Position numbers and translations under genes: made by a program
In this document: positions 38,255 to 54,405 of the stretch, piece after piece
How positions within the stretch are numbered: position 1 is the first letter of the stretch
Layout: each line of letters opens with the position of its first letter
NCBI RefSeq assembly: GCF_006345805.1
Contig: NC_043000.1
Location: 61,628,001 to 61,692,000, forward strand
DNA length: 64,000 nt
Reading direction: 5' to 3'
From: Octopus sinensis
Lineage: Eukaryota
Notes under the pieces: generated by a model
The model's input: only the letters and a program-made list of their open reading frames with translations
Database searches by the model: none
What the model was told of the DNA's origin: nothing

Positions 38255-39515
38255 CGAGGGACGTTCAATAAGTAATGCTCCTGACCCACTTGCAGTTATT
38301 TGATCTAGCTGAAATTTTGCATGTGCAATTATTGATATCTCTATAGATTAAGTGGCAAATTACAGCTCTGGACTAATTGCGGTTTCTAATTTACAGGTGT
38401 TTGACCTGAGTCAAGTATGAAATGGAGCCTGTTGAGTGTCGAGCAGTGATCCGGTTTTTGTATTTGAAAGGACGCACACCACGGAAGACTTTTGATGAAA
38501 TGAAAGTAACTTATGGTGATGATGCCCCATCATATGACCTTGTAAAACGCTGGCATCATGAATTTAAACATGATCGGAACTCTGTGGAAACAGCTCCCAG
38601 ATCCGGTCACCCCCCCCTTCTGCCATTGATGAGGCATCTGTCCGTCAAGTTGAGGCTGCCATTTTGGAAGATCGACGCATAACTATTCGCCAAATAGCCC
38701 ATGAGGTCAAGATTAGTACCGGGTCTGTGGAAACTATCATACATGACCATTTGGATATGCAAAAGGTGTCTGCAAGATGGATTCCCATGTTGCTCTCACC
38801 TTTCCAGAAGCAAGAACGCGTCGAGTGCACGAGGATGAATTTGGAGATGTGCCAAGAAGATGAGTCAAAATCTTTCAAAAGACTGATTACACAGGATGAA
38901 ACCTGGGTCCATCACTATGATCCAAAGACCAAAGCCCAGTCAATGCAGTAGAAGCACCGTGACTCACCTCCTCCAAAGAAGGCAAGGGTGCAGCCCTCCG
39001 CTGGCAAGGTCATGCTCACAGTCTTCTGGGACCAGGACGGAGTAGTGATGACAGATTTCCTGGCAAAGGGTACTACAATTACATGAGCCTATTATGCTTC
39101 CCTTTTGAGGAAATTAAGAGAAGCTATCAAAATCAAGAGGCGGGGCAAGATCAGCAAAGGCATCCTTCTCCTGCAGGACAACGCTCCGGTCCACAACCTG
39201 ATTGTCGCCAAATCAGAAGCACAGGCGTGCGGCTATGAACTCCACCCGCTACTCTCCTGACCTTGTACCCTCTGATTTTCACCTCTTCCCAGCCATGAAG
39301 TTGTTTTTGAAAGGAAAGCATTTCCCAGATGATGCAGCCTTGATTTCTGAAGTCACGTCGTGGTTGGAGGACCAACCAGAGCTGCATCAAACGATGGGAG
39401 AAATGCGTAACTCTGGGTGTTTCCTATGTAGACAAAGACTAATAACTGTGCCAGGTTTCGTTGCTCTACTGCTATAGGAAGTGGGTTAGGGGCATTACTT
39501 ATTGAACGCCCCTCG
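38255..39515 (+). mobile_element. Full-length mariner, irritans-like, DD34D, with few lesions
   Basis: About 37-bp TIRs CGAGGGACGTTCAATAAGTAATGC with TA TSD. ATG at 38422; WIPMLL, LITQDETW, LLQDNAPVH, YSPDLVPSDFHLF; two stops and several frameshifts. Confidence 0.97.
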
Positions 39516-40225
39516 TACATTACTGCAACTTGTTACACACGACCATATCTGATATATGCAAATGAAATTTGAAAAACTGAGGCTTATAAAAATTCTATAA
39601 AATGCAATATTTTGAAAGCTATTACAAAATAATTATTTTACTTCTTTCATTAACAGCTTTCTTAGAATTTAAAATTCCTATACGCAATTTTTTAATATTA
39701 TGTGTTATTGTGTACAATTAGTCGAATCATTGTCTATTTAAAAAAATGTAAATTACACATTCGTCTATTATGATAAGATCGTAAACAAAAGATAAAAGCC
39801 ATAGAGTAAATAATTATTTGAGATAATTCTGTGTGTTGTAATTAAACGCTATTTATCATTAGCTAATGTTTAGAGATATGTCTGTTTTCTAAAGAATAAT
39901 TTTGAGTATAAAATTATCTATATTGATTATGTCGTTTATACGAAGTGAACGTAACATTGCAGCGATTCGAAGTTGCAGCGCTAAATTATAAGGGGCTTGT
40001 AACGATCAAGTTATTCTATTGTTAGGGGATATTAATGATGTTACTGCGAAACGAAGCCACATTGTGCATAAAGCTACGGCAGGCGTGTGAAACGCTATGA
40101 CGAGTCATCCAATATTTAAGGGCAATCGGCCTTCTAATCATATAAAAGATATACGTACATTTCGTTGGCACCAGCATAAAAACTTACAGGAAGGTGGATA
40201 CGGTTGGCATACATACATACATACA

Positions 40226-40257
<32 letters not shown>

Positions 40258-43200
40258 CACACATATTGTATACAAATTAAACATCTATGTTTTAAAGTTT
40301 AGGCAAGTAGCTTAATAATCTGATCGAACCACAGTTTAATACAGACAGTTTGAAAAGTCTGACTCTCCAGGAATAATGAATTTTTATAAGATATTTAGCT
40401 TTGTAGATATAAATGTAAGCTATTTGAATATTATTCCGTCTGTTTCCAGGGCACAAGTTTTCGCCAGATGGTAAAATAAAGCATGAACTGAAAGATTAAA
40501 ACTAACGTATAAGATAATAAGGTTTGTCAATAACCGTATAGTCTCATGGTGGTTGTAAATCGAAAGCTGGCCTATTATTGATTTTGGTGATATCTGCCTA
40601 TGAGTATGAGCTAACTGATTGGTTATTTGAAATCAAAGTGACACTAGTGTCTGAGATACCTATTTTCATGTTTATATTTTCACAATCACGCTGCTTATAG
40701 CTCACAATATTTACATATCTACTTACTGAAATCTGTTGCCACTTAATATTTTTCACACTAAGGATTAATGGGGTGTTGTTTTACATTTATTCTACCAAAA
40801 TTAAAACACTTGAATATAAAAGTATATAATATGTTTTTATCGATCGATATCACATTATATATCATAACAATAATCATTTCATCATCGATTATCAGGTGGT
40901 GTGGGATAATAGTTATGACGTTAAAATGTAGCGTACTGAGATTTAACTGATAGATTTATTAGAAAATTAATCTACGATAAAGATTTTTTCTGGGGAAAAT
41001 ATAATTGATAGTTAATGATAGACATGATACAGCTAAAGGGAAGTCTTGGAAAATTCGAGATCAGAAAAAAAGTTTTGATTGAGAACTGAGACTGTATTCT
41101 TTATGCATAGCTAGTTTTATATTATGAAAAATTCAACGCTGCAGCAAGTTAATCCTTATCCCGTAAATGCAAAAATTGTTTTAAACTATAACATACGAAA
41201 TTTATAGTGTCTATTAATATATTGATGCCATAGAAATATTTTGCATTAGATGATATTTTATTCAAATAATAAATTGAATAATATAGATAATACTTGTCGT
41301 GTATGTTTCAATTACGTTTATTCTTAAATGTTTCTAACATTATAAGAATTTAGCAACTGTAAAACACTTTGATTATTCTCTAAATTTCATTTCATAAGAT
41401 AATATAAAACAAGATGCTAAAACCATCAAATACAACTTCAAATTTCTGAATATATATTAGTTCAGAACGGAAAAACGTAATTATTTATTAAGTTTCAAAT
41501 ATATATCTTTACAAAGCTGAATGTTATTAAAAGGAAATAAATCTGCTGATATTTTAAAATCTAGCTTACATCTTCTATATCACATTAGCATGTAATAAAA
41601 TGTGGGTGGGTTCTTTTCTCGGATACAGAAGATATAACCACAAATTTTATTTCTTTGCAACCGAATGTCTTTACAGTTCAATTCAATTTCAATATACAGA
41701 CAGATATTGAAGACATACATAAAAGCTTTTATTAGATTCTCCAGTGTCTTGCTAAACTGGGGTAAAAAGTAGTTAAACATGTCTGATAACTTTCTGCTAA
41801 TTGGATATATTTGATGAAAATTATCTTTTTAAAATAGGTCAAATTAAAGGCAATTAAGTTGTATGCATTTCTGTTATTACATTTTCCTGTTACTTTAATA
41901 TGGTAATTAATAAATTACTGTCATTTGTATACTTCTCTCTTAATTATAGAAAAACTGTAAAGCAGAGATTGTTTCACACAAGTAATTCCAAATGCATTCG
42001 GTGCAGTAAAGCAATTATAAAATATAATTTAGATGCATGTTAGTTACAGTAAAATCATACTGCATATGATAACAAGAAGAAGAATATGCAATGGTATAAG
42101 TTAACAAGTGTTAGTCTTAATATATTTAATAATTCTAAAAGCGTTATAGAAGTATGCAGCATATTAAAGAGTGTGTATACCAAAAGTGTCAGTTACTTTC
42201 TCTTTTATGAGTGTAAGCAAATTCTAATGGCAGAGGGAGGGGTACTGTCAAGTTACATTACATTATACTCTTTACTAGTGTGTATTCATACAAGCGATGT
42301 GCCATCTTTTGTATCAGAAAGCTATAGTAATTTAGATGGTCCAGCTAAGTTGCTGGTATTAAATATATTGAACCATATATGAACGTTAAAGCAAAGGTTT
42401 AATTTGATCAGAATTAAGCAATAACTTATCAAAGACTGAAACTAGATACTACTCTAGTCATCAGTTGTCTCCGCCGTCTCTACCGTCTTGAGAAATATTA
42501 ACGATATAATAAAGAATGCATATTTTCTACCAAAAGGCAACAATTTAAAGTTTTATCCCGTCACAAAGTAAAATTGATTCTGAAATTCGATATGGACAGA
42601 AGAGTTCACTAAACTGCAAGATTTATTTAATTCGTTTCAACATCTTTTTATTATTATTATTAATCTCATTTTAAACTGATTTATAATCTTCTCATAAACG
42701 ACTTCGGTAAAAACTAAACCATAAGTTACATCGATTAAACCAATTCACTCAGTAAATCTGAACCTTCCTACAGTAGAATTTATATAAAATTATGCGTGCT
42801 TTTAAGCAGACACTACGGTTATATTTACTGTCATGTCATTATATCCAGTTTTGTTTTATGATTATTCCTAGAAAAAGTGTGTTAAGACATTACAAAAGCA
42901 TCAAGGGGTTACTTCAATTATGATTTACGAGCAGTTGCATCTTCTGTTCGCTGTATTTTAAGGTGTAAATAATTTCCATTATCTTGTGATACCTTTTTTG
43001 CTTGTCATTCAGGTACACATGATTAGCTAATAAGAATCTTCAGTCTTCGGGTGTTATTACCTGTTAATCCATAGTATGGTGTTGATTAAGTTCATCCTAT
43101 CAATTATATAATTTATTTTCACTTCGCATTAGAATGAAATCCAGATTTACGTAAAAGAAAACAGTTTACAAGATAAACTTTGTAATGATACTCAAAACAA

Positions 43201-43324
43201 TATATCCTTTTTTGTGTACTTTATTTCACTTCATACATTTATAAATTAGACTATCGTATCGATGATGATATCGTTTCTATTTAGCTAAGTATCGCATTGA
43301 GTAAATTTATGTCCCTGAGTATCA

Positions 43325-43765
43325 CGAATAAAACAAATATTTAATATCAGTTTCAAATTTTGGCGCAAGACCAGCAATTTGGGAGGAGGGTGTAAGGTGA
43401 TTATATCGACGTCAGTGCTCAATTGGTACTTATATTAACAACCCGAACGGATGAAAGCAGACCTCGGCTGAGAACGTAAAGATGGGTGAAATGCCGCTAA
43501 GCATGTTGTGCCAGCGTGTTAATGATATTGCCTTGAGACGTATATTTCATATATTTATAAAGGAAAAAGGCGGCGAGCTGGCAAAATTGTTAAAAGGCCG
43601 GACAAAATGCTTAGCGGCATTTCTTCCGTTTTTATGAGTTCAAATTCAACCGAGTTCGACTTTGCTTTCGCCTTGGGTCAATAAAATAACTACCACTAGG
43701 ATCGATTAATCGAATTTCTTGCCTCTCCCGTAATTGCTCGTCTTGTGCCAAAATCTGAAACCAAT
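43325..43765. mobile_element. Head-to-head pair of SINE family B copies (43325-43535 minus; 43567-43765 plus)
   Basis: Family B motifs in opposite orientations about 30 bp apart. Confidence 0.8.
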
Positions 43766-44026
43766 GTATTTACAGAAAAATATACATCAACAATCGTCAG
43801 AGATAATTTTGCTTTCTGTTAAATCCTGTTTTGCCTTAAGATTCATTGCAGAAGATATTTGTCAAATTTCTATAGTTATTTAGTTTAACTGGATTTTGTG
43901 GATTTACTTTCAATATTTTATACAAACTAAAGAACACGATTTTAACTCGGTTTAAAATTTTGGAAAGGAATAGCCTAAGACTAAATTTGTTTGCATATTG
44001 TTAGTCTTAGTAAATATATATATATA

Positions 44027-44990
<964 letters not shown>

Positions 44991-45911
44991 CAGATGTACT
45001 AACTGACGTGCCCGGAAATTCCCGGGAAAGCGAGGCTTATTCTTTGGTTCCGTTCTCATAATATTTTCTCTGATCCACTAACAATAATACAAAGTATGTA
45101 GCCCTTAAAGCGGTTTTTGTGCATTTACAGAGAATACCAAAGTCTTACACAGAATTTTGTTTTTAGGAATTCCCAATAAGTTATGAATACCCAAAGTGTG
45201 AAGTCATTTATATAATAACATGAAATTAGTTACCCGATAGTAAGAATTCAAATAAAGTAGTCCCGAAAAGGGCTTTAATGCGTTCCCAGAATATATAGAA
45301 CATAGGAGGAAATACTAATAAGATATCTATACTAAAATCGTGAATCATGTTAGATAATAAAAGGCTACTCAGATATGAGATAATGACAATTCAAAGTAAA
45401 TAACTCTGAAAAGGGCTCACAAAGAGAGTTCCCAGAGAATATTACCGTCAGGGGGCTAGTGTTGATATATGCATGAATAAATCACTAACCGAAATAAGTG
45501 GTTCTATTGTATAGGAAAATACTATTTACTTGTTTAAGGGTTGTACTGTATAAATTGAGGAAAATAACTCTAACAGTTCAAATACTAAGAAATAAGCATA
45601 CTCAATTTCATTTCTACCAAATGATTTAAGAAAATGAGTGGGTTATTTTCCTTGGCCATATATAAGGATTCCTTCCAGGCGCGAATGAGTTATTTCCCTT
45701 GGTTTTCAAAATAAAATATATTAGATATATACAAGGATCCCTTCGATGGGTCCTATTATCGATTTTTTTTAACAATATGAGTATGTCATTAGGTTACTAG
45801 ACATGAGTTCTACTCACGTGTCAGGTTTCATCAAAATCAATAAAACGATGTAGGAGGAGTTAGCTAACAACTCCACAAACACACACACAGACAAAATTTC
45901 CCACACATGTA

Positions 45912-45971
<60 letters not shown>

Positions 45972-46002
45972 GGTAAAAGTGTTGTTGTTGTTATTATTAT
46001 TA

Positions 46003-46033
<31 letters not shown>

Positions 46034-46316
46034 TAGTCTCATTTTTGTCATATGCTTTCACTATGATAGTGCGTCCCGTTCCGTGTGCCTCGTGTATGTG
46101 CTGAGGTTAGTTGTGATGCTCTTATTTTTACTGTATTGAAAGTGTTTTACGTAGGATGTTTGCGATGCCTAGTAGTGCTATTTTATATATATTTGAAATT
46201 ACTGGCGTTTTTGTTATGTATTTGTCTTAATGTTTTTTATCATTCCCAATGCGCCCACTATAATAGGAATTGTTTCTGTTTTTAGCCTCTACTTATTAGA
46301 TCATTGTATTTTGAAA

Positions 46317-46387
<71 letters not shown>

Positions 46388-46398
46388 CATCATTATTA

Positions 46399-46940
46399 CT
46401 GAGTGAAAGAGCAGTGCATGTAACACTGGGGTAAAATATACGAAGCCCCATATAGCCATCATGACTACCTATGTGATAAGGGTACACCAGGCACATGCAT
46501 CACAATCACATGTGCATGACATAGTGATCTCACATCAAGATAAACAGCACATGACCTTGCAGGTGGGGTCCAGTTAGAATTTTGTTCAGGTTGAGTAGCC
46601 CATCCCGCTCTAAAAGTCCCTGAATGAGGGTTGTTTAAGGATGTTGAACAAAACACCCATGTTTCCAAAGGTGAATTATCCAAACCCAAAGATTTCCTCT
46701 CAACACATGGCTATTATGCACCTCCACTACTTCTGCTCGTGATCAGAGATGCACATAACGTCAGTCACTACGAGACCTACTCAAATGTTTAAGGTCAAGC
46801 AACTAACAAGCAAAACTGTGGTATTGAACAGAACATTTGGTGTAGCCCATCTTTTATACCAAGACAAAAGTATGTACATGATAACACTTCCTGAGATCAG
46901 AAACCATGAGAGTCTCTGCCTGATACTGCATCAGGACATC
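46399..46940. mobile_element. 542-bp non-coding element inserted in (ATT)n, presumed non-autonomous retroelement
   Basis: GC-richer block with sharp (TTA)n borders on both sides; no ORF, TIR or tRNA head seen. Confidence 0.5.
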
Positions 46941-47007
<67 letters not shown>

Positions 47008-47125
47008 ATTATTGTTGTTGTTGTTTTTGTTGTTGTTGTTGTTATTATCATTATCATTATTATTATTATTATCATTATTATTATCATTATTATTATTATT
47101 ATTGTTGTTGTTGTTGTTGTTGTTA

Positions 47126-47157
<32 letters not shown>

Positions 47158-47259
47158 TTTTGTCATTACTATTATGTACATGTGTGTGCATGTGAATTTT
47201 AGTGTGTCTGTGTTTGTATTGCATATATACATACATAAACATATTGTTCGTCAAGGACT

Positions 47260-50000
47260 GGCTTCTGAGTATTTAGCACATTTCAGTTAAGAGTGATGGT
47301 GGGGTCATTTGTGCTTTAGGAGATGATGAGCTACATAATACGCCCAATTCTTACTCTAAAACCACATTGCAAGAATTGCTTGGGATTGCTAATGCTGGTT
47401 GGGGCTGTATTACTCTGTCTTTCCTACATTGTGTCTTTCCTGTGTCTACACTGCTGTTGTTAACTGCTGTCGTTTCATTCCGATGTCCGTTCTTCTGTTT
47501 TTTTTTCTTCAAAGTGGGATACTCCTGTCTCGGTCAAATCACGCCAAATAGTGCGTGCGTTGGCTGTCACTATACCAGAACTCATCAAGCTTTCCTTCAA
47601 TTGGTCTTTGTGACGTAATAGGGGACGTCCACAAGGGCGTCTCCCATTGTTCAGTTCCTCAAATAGGAATATATTTCCGACCCACATGAGCTGCTCATCT
47701 GAGGCCGTGCTTGATGATTATAACCTCCATGCTAATTTGTCCCGCTCTCTTTAGAGCTGGTAACATGATCTTCCCATTCGAAGTTCATGATCAACCGGAA
47801 TTTCTTTAGATGAGATTATTCAAGGTTTTTCAGGTCATGGCGGTGGAGGATCCACATCTCCTACTCTCACAGCAGAGTAGCCACAACTATAGCATTATAT
47901 ATCATAATTTTGGTTTGCATGGTAAGACTACTTCTCCCAAAGATTCTACTGGAGAGCTTCCCGAAAGCTGTGTGTAGCACTGCCAGGAATCTGTTTTCTT
48001 CATCCTATGATGGTATATATTGGACTGACAGGAGACAATCAAGAAAATAGAAATGAATGTTCCGCTAAATTTGATGTTAAATTTTGGTGGGTCACATCCA
48101 AGTGGTGGTTGTACGATGATTGTAGTTTTTCCTTTGTTAACTGTTGGGCCAAACTGGAAATATGGCATAAAGAAATTGTTGGCAGGCTGATGTAAAGCCT
48201 GAGATAAGTGGGCAGGGGAGGCGTTGTCATTTCCATATTTCATTTCATTTACTTTGATGATGCTAGTGGGACACTGGGAGCAGAGTTTTGACAGATTTTA
48301 AAAAAGGCCTCCATCAAACGGTACTTCATTTCTACGCCTGGATTGTTTTAGGGAATTTCATGAAACAAAGCAACAGTGTATAGTTAGAGGAGTGTGAGTG
48401 AGATGGCAGAGCCCTTTTTTCAGACCACACATGATATGGAATTCTTCTGCGGTGTTAGAAAGGAGAATCACAACGTGCTTTTTTTCCATCTTACAATGCT
48501 CTAACCATTGCAACAAAGGGTTCTGGTAGGCCGACAGCTTACGCTCCAGCTCTAGGGACACTGCTGTAGGCGTTTCCAAGGTCACGGAAAATGAGAAGGA
48601 GAGATCTGTGTTGTTCTCTTTGGTGTTGCGATCTTCTTTCTTAAATGTTATAACAATGCATCTTTAGACTCATTTGGAATGTATTTGACTTCCTACGTTC
48701 GTAGGATGAAAGTGTGGAACAAGTCTTTAGGTGTAGCCAGCCATATAGTAGGAACTCTTCCGGAATTTTGTCTGTGTCTGTAGCTTTTCCATGGTGCCGT
48801 TATCATAGTTAGTCATACTAAGCGGGTTTCAAAATTCATAGTAAGCGGATTTCAGTAAGGGTGGGGCTATCATGGAACATTTCTTAGAAAATCATTAGCA
48901 GTGGCTGAGTTCCTATTGAGCAGGACATTAAAATGTTCCTCTCACAATTTAATGATCTCATTACTCACCGTCAAGTGGTTGTTGTTTGCTGACAGGAAGG
49001 GCTCCTGCTGAGGACTGGACTGGAACTTATGTCTCCTTGGTACCTGCATAGATGCCAACACCATAGCCGCGTGAAACTTCATGGTTTCAGCTCTTCTAAA
49101 AGAAGATGCAGCCAGTTCCAGTTTATTCACCCACTAGACGGGTCTCACTTAAAGCGGCAATGTCAACTTTGAATTTGGTAAGTTCCCTTGAAACAAATGC
49201 TGTTCTTCATTCAGAGCATCCTGTATCCTTCCAGTCTAAGAGAGTTCGTACATTCCAGGAACCACAAGTGATTTGGGTCGGTTTTGTTTCTGGAGTTCTG
49301 ATGTTGCGATTGCATTGATGAGCCTCCCGTTTCGCTGTAATTCATCAAACCAGAAGTATAATGTGACTACTGATGTTTAGCCCATATTTTCTAAGTCCTT
49401 CCCAATTTGGGGTGGGTATCAGTACACTTAAAAAGGACTGCCCAGTCACAGGTGCAGGACTAGATTCCTGTGTAGCCGCGGTCACAGGAATGCGACCATC
49501 GCACAGCCCCAGTCAAAGTGCCTGCTACCGGCATCCTTATCCCATCGCCTTTGGAGTTTTGTAAAATTTAGGAAGTAAGTAAGAAGCAGAAGGGTGTGGA
49601 CTGAAATGACCCGTTGGGGTTAATTTGTTCAAGGCGAACGACGGCTTGCCAGGCTGAAGCCCCCACACTATTGCTCCAGGGCCTTGATTTTTGCAGCACA
49701 CATAGTATGACATACTGCCTCGGCACATCGATCTGCTGAGAATTTCTTACTTTTGGATTCGATTCTGAAGTTGAAGGTCTCAATCTTTTGGACCTCAACT
49801 TCCTCAGCCAAACTGACTGGCAGAGGGGTTTCAAGTCACCGTATGCCTTCGCTTATTTATGCATTTGGAGGACTAACCTTCATCCACCTGCTTCACTATT
49901 TGCCCATGCTGGGACCCTACCAGGTGCTGCCACCCCAGGTCAAGCTGATTCTGAGAACACAGCAATTAATCTGGTTCCAATAAAGTAGTTCCGCTCTCCT
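47260..50000 (-). mobile_element. RTE (BovB-like) LINE, long decayed copy including the 5' region
   Basis: C-terminal GRRPCGRPLLRHKDQLKESL..IWRDLTETGVSHFEE; RT-like EEFHIMCGLKKGLC; upstream endonuclease-like and 5' UTR sequence. Confidence 0.8.
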
Positions 50001-50521
50001 CAGAACATCCAATGTTCTGATCAAAGGCATTTCTGCCGAATATATGGATGCATTTGTAAGTGGTTATGGGTGTTTTCGTGTGAATGTGTTTCTTTTTTGT
50101 TTTACTTCAGTCCATATTTGATCAATGTGCATCGAATGTGTGAGAAAATATCTTGAAGGTTCAAATACTTTCTTACTTTGCCGTTGTTAAACGCTATCTC
50201 GTTGTTTTACTTGACCTGCCATTCAACTATTATTTCTGTGGAATCTTTAAATCTCAAGCTGTTTTCGTTCCGCACGCAAATATGTAATCGCTTTGACTAG
50301 GAATTCGTTCATACTTTTTGCTAATATTTATATATATATTTATGCTTTTTTTTACTTTGTCTAGATTTGCTCCCTCTTTTTGAACTGTATCATTTACATT
50401 AGATGTGGTAAATTTCTTATATGTTTATCTAATACTTAGAATTACTTGATACGAAGGAATATATCATTCCTTCTATAGACCAAATCAATTTAATTTTGTA
50501 CAGTTTCGGCCCTCCGTACAC

Positions 50522-50581
<60 letters not shown>

Positions 50582-50617
50582 ATATATATTTATATTCAGG
50601 AGAAGCTGGGGCTTATA

Positions 50618-50855
50618 CAGGTCCATCGGTATGTTGGAAGAAGATGCCAAATGTTTCTAAACTACCTTAAGATATCACCGTAAAACAATGAACACGCGTC
50701 ATCCTCGGGCAAATAAAGAAAACAGATTCATGAAACAGCTTATTAATCTATTTCGTTTATTTCCCCGAAGACGACGCATGTTTATATCTTTATGGCGATA
50801 TCTGAAGGTGGTTTAGAGATATTTGACGTCTTCTTGTAACGTGCAGGTGGACCTG
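50618..50855. mobile_element. Tc1/mariner/pogo-type MITE with about 105-bp TIRs
   Basis: TA|CAGGTCCA...TGGACCTG|TA; arms roughly 75% identical by eye. Confidence 0.85.
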
Positions 50856-51147
50856 TATACATACTAACTTGCTCTGAATAAACATTGATAAATCTTGTGA
50901 TTCCATGCTAACTACCTGATAAAATCAAATATAGATTTTATCCTAAATTTATATATATATAAAAAATATATAAAAAAAATATAAATATAAATTAATAATT
51001 ATAATTTTTAAATTATATATTTTATGTATTTTGTATATTATATTATTATTATTTTTATGTTTTGGTTTATGTTTTTCACTGTTTGATTTGCCTAGTAGTG
51101 GTTTTATCGCTAATTTAATTTATATATATATATATATATACATATAT

Positions 51148-51381
51148 CACGTGATCAGATGTTGCTACACATCGCTGATCACAATGCGTTCGCATTGTTT
51201 TAGCCTTCGAACGACGACACCCTACTGGCTAAAGAGTGGTGAAAGAGTACAGCAGGGACACCACCCGCTGCCGTAGCCTAGTGTTTTCGCTCAATAAACA
51301 CACACAACGCCCGGTCTGGGAATCGAAACCGCGATCCTACGACTGCGAGTCCGCTGCCCTAACCACTGAGCCATTGCGCCT
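51148..51381 (-). mobile_element. tRNA(Arg-like)-derived SINE, family C
   Basis: Head GGCGCAATGGCTCAGTGGTTAGGGCAGCGGACTCGCAGTCGTAGGATCGCGGTTTCGATTCCC with A and B boxes. Confidence 0.9.
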
Positions 51382-51988
51382 GCACTTACACACACACACA
51401 CACACACCACACACACACATATATATTATATATATATATATTATATATATATATATATACATGTGTGTATATATATATATATAATATATATATATATATA
51501 AATATATAAAATGTACATTTTGTGTTGTACGAGTTTTCTTTATTTGCATTAGTTTGTGAATACCCAGTTGTATTATATAATCCTGAGCATTATATATTGA
51601 TGCAAAAATTGTACGCATTATTCCTCCCATACTGAAATGAATACTGCATGAAGAAGTTGGCGAAACGGAAGTATTCCTATAGGACTCAGGGAGTTGAAAA
51701 AATATATATATCCACGCCTCATATCTCCTAACCTTATAGTTTTATATACTCATCAGTAAATAATTTTATCAATCGGATCAAATGGGATTTTAGTTACATG
51801 GACTTCTTATATTACAGACGTCTTTTTTTATTTATTACTACGTGGACTATTACCTGAGACCGTGATAGCAACATGATTTTCTGAATCCACATCTTATTCT
51901 ACTCACACACATACACCCATGCACACACACACACATACACACACACATTCATGCATATATATATATATACACGTCCATGCACACACTC

Positions 51989-52054
<66 letters not shown>

Positions 52055-52225
52055 GCATATGTAAAGTTTATAGAATACATAAATGTTCGGGTTTGTACCT
52101 ATGTGCTTGTGCGTGTGTGTGTGTTGTGTGTGTGTGTGTTTGTGTGTGTGCGTGCGTGTGAGTCCGTAGATAGCAATGTTATTCCCTTAACGAAATCTAT
52201 TCCTTTCCGAATGCAATATAATACA

Positions 52226-52261
<36 letters not shown>

Positions 52262-52488
52262 CGATAACACTATTCAACATAAACATAACGTCGCAAGAAA
52301 TTTGAAAAGCTACACGCGAAACCGGTCTTTCTTTTAAATTATGTCATTATAAGAGAAAAACATTTTCTAATATTCTTCAGACATATTGACGCAAATATAT
52401 ATATTTTTTAACATTTAAGCCTTCTGTAGTTTTTTCACTCTTTACTATTTTCTATATATTCACCCACGTGCTTTCACAAACCAACTTT

Positions 52489-52562
<74 letters not shown>

Positions 52563-54342
52563 TAGATAGATAGATATGTGTGTGTGTATTGTTTTCTCAT
52601 AACTTATATGTAGCATTATTAAATTATGCTTGTTTTAAGTTAATAAGGTACTTTTTCTAACGATATTCTCATTGTTTTTTTTTTTCATTAGCTTTGCACT
52701 TAGAATTAGTTTACACTTTATTGATCACAATGTATATTGATACATTGCATTTTTATAATAGAAACAAGTATTCTCATAGTTATTCATGACTTCCTTTGCA
52801 TAGAGAAAAGAATTATATGTTAATAATTGCTGAAATTTCCAGTGTTAATTTCTTTAAGGAACTGCCATGAACTTGCATACAAACTTACAAATACACCTTA
52901 CGTGTATATGTGTCCTTATATTTAGAGTAAAGAACAATATTGAGAAATTTCAATGCTAAATGCTATAATTTCGGTAATTTCGTCGTCCGTAGCTTAATTA
53001 TTTCAGATTAACTTGATATCCCCGCTGACATGAAACGCAAGTTGCGCTAATTCTTTAAGTTTAATTCTAACATTTTAGAGTACGTTATTTTCTTTCTTTC
53101 TAAGACAGTACAGAGTGTTCTGTAAGTAATTGTTCTAATACGGTATATGTGTTAAGACAGAAAGTAGAATTAACTGGCTATACAGTAAAGAAGAGTTTAT
53201 AACATGCAGGGTAATAAAAACACCAAGCCAAAAATCACTGACATTATATATACATATAGAATATGCATCACTACAGAAGGTTACATTCATAGGGACGGTG
53301 CAGAGATCTGACATCTATCACAGGGTGTACACACAACTGCAAATGAAACAAATTTTAGTCTTCAATTAATAGTCAATTACATGCATAATTCGATATATCG
53401 GCCGGTACATTCAGACAAAAGCGGATATTACAATCTAAAGAATCTTTACAACACACTAACACCACCTATACAAAACCTAAAACATGTAAACAAGCTTTGA
53501 GATCTATGTATAAATGAAGAACGTAATATACTAAGAAGAATTTGGGTTTCTGTAAATTTAAATAGTATTATTTGTTCGTACATTTGTCATAAAACCTGAT
53601 GTTTCAAATTGTTAGAGCAACGTTGTATTTCAAAAACAATTAATATACAATATTTTTACCACAACACTGATATTAACTTGAATGTAATCAATCTTATGTT
53701 GCATCAGATTTAGAAATATAGATTAAGAAAACTATAGTAAATTCGAACAATGTCAATAATCCAGGACATTCAACTATTTCATAAAACAAATCCTGTAAAT
53801 AAAACATGAATTAGACAGAATGTGTTATTAAGTCGACCAACGATAAAAATTAGAATTGACAGTAATTGAACAGTTTGAGCATTCTTACAAAGTTTCAAAA
53901 CTCAACAGCAATAGAAAATTATGGTGCTTTATTATTGTCTTTGAAATAGAAAATTTCTAACAATGAAAAGTAGTATGATGAAAAAATAAGATTCCAAATT
54001 AGCTTCTCAGTTTTTAGCTACATATATTGTGAATACCATTTCAGCTGAAATATTTCCAATTTCCATTTTAAGAAGCTAAATTTCATTAGTAAAATTAAAC
54101 AAATGTATGTCAGGTAGCGGTAATAGTCTATATATAATTCGTCACTACAAAGGAATATCAACTTTAAATTATAATCAGGCTATCAAATTGAAAGTTTTAA
54201 AAGTTTCACCTCTTGTCGCAACTATGCTACAAACCGCTATGAAATTGCCTTGTAAATTAGTTTTTAATGAGTTTATACGTTTTATTGTATACATACATAT
54301 ACATATACATACATATATATAATATATATATATATACATATA

Positions 54343-54405
<63 letters not shown>

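Noticed and set aside
45080-45780. Faint internal repeats (gaaaagggct..gttcccaga) about 140 bp apart
   Set aside because: Too degenerate to define a unit by eye; probably an old repeat.
49500-50000. HDV-like ribozyme expected in some RTE 5' UTRs
   Set aside because: No convincing P3/L3 or nested pseudoknot found by eye.
53285-53340. Minus-strand acceptor tttcatttgcag followed by VCTPCDRC or LCVHPVIDVRSLHRPYE
   Set aside because: Short; the cysteine-rich frame stops and it cannot be joined in phase to other candidates.
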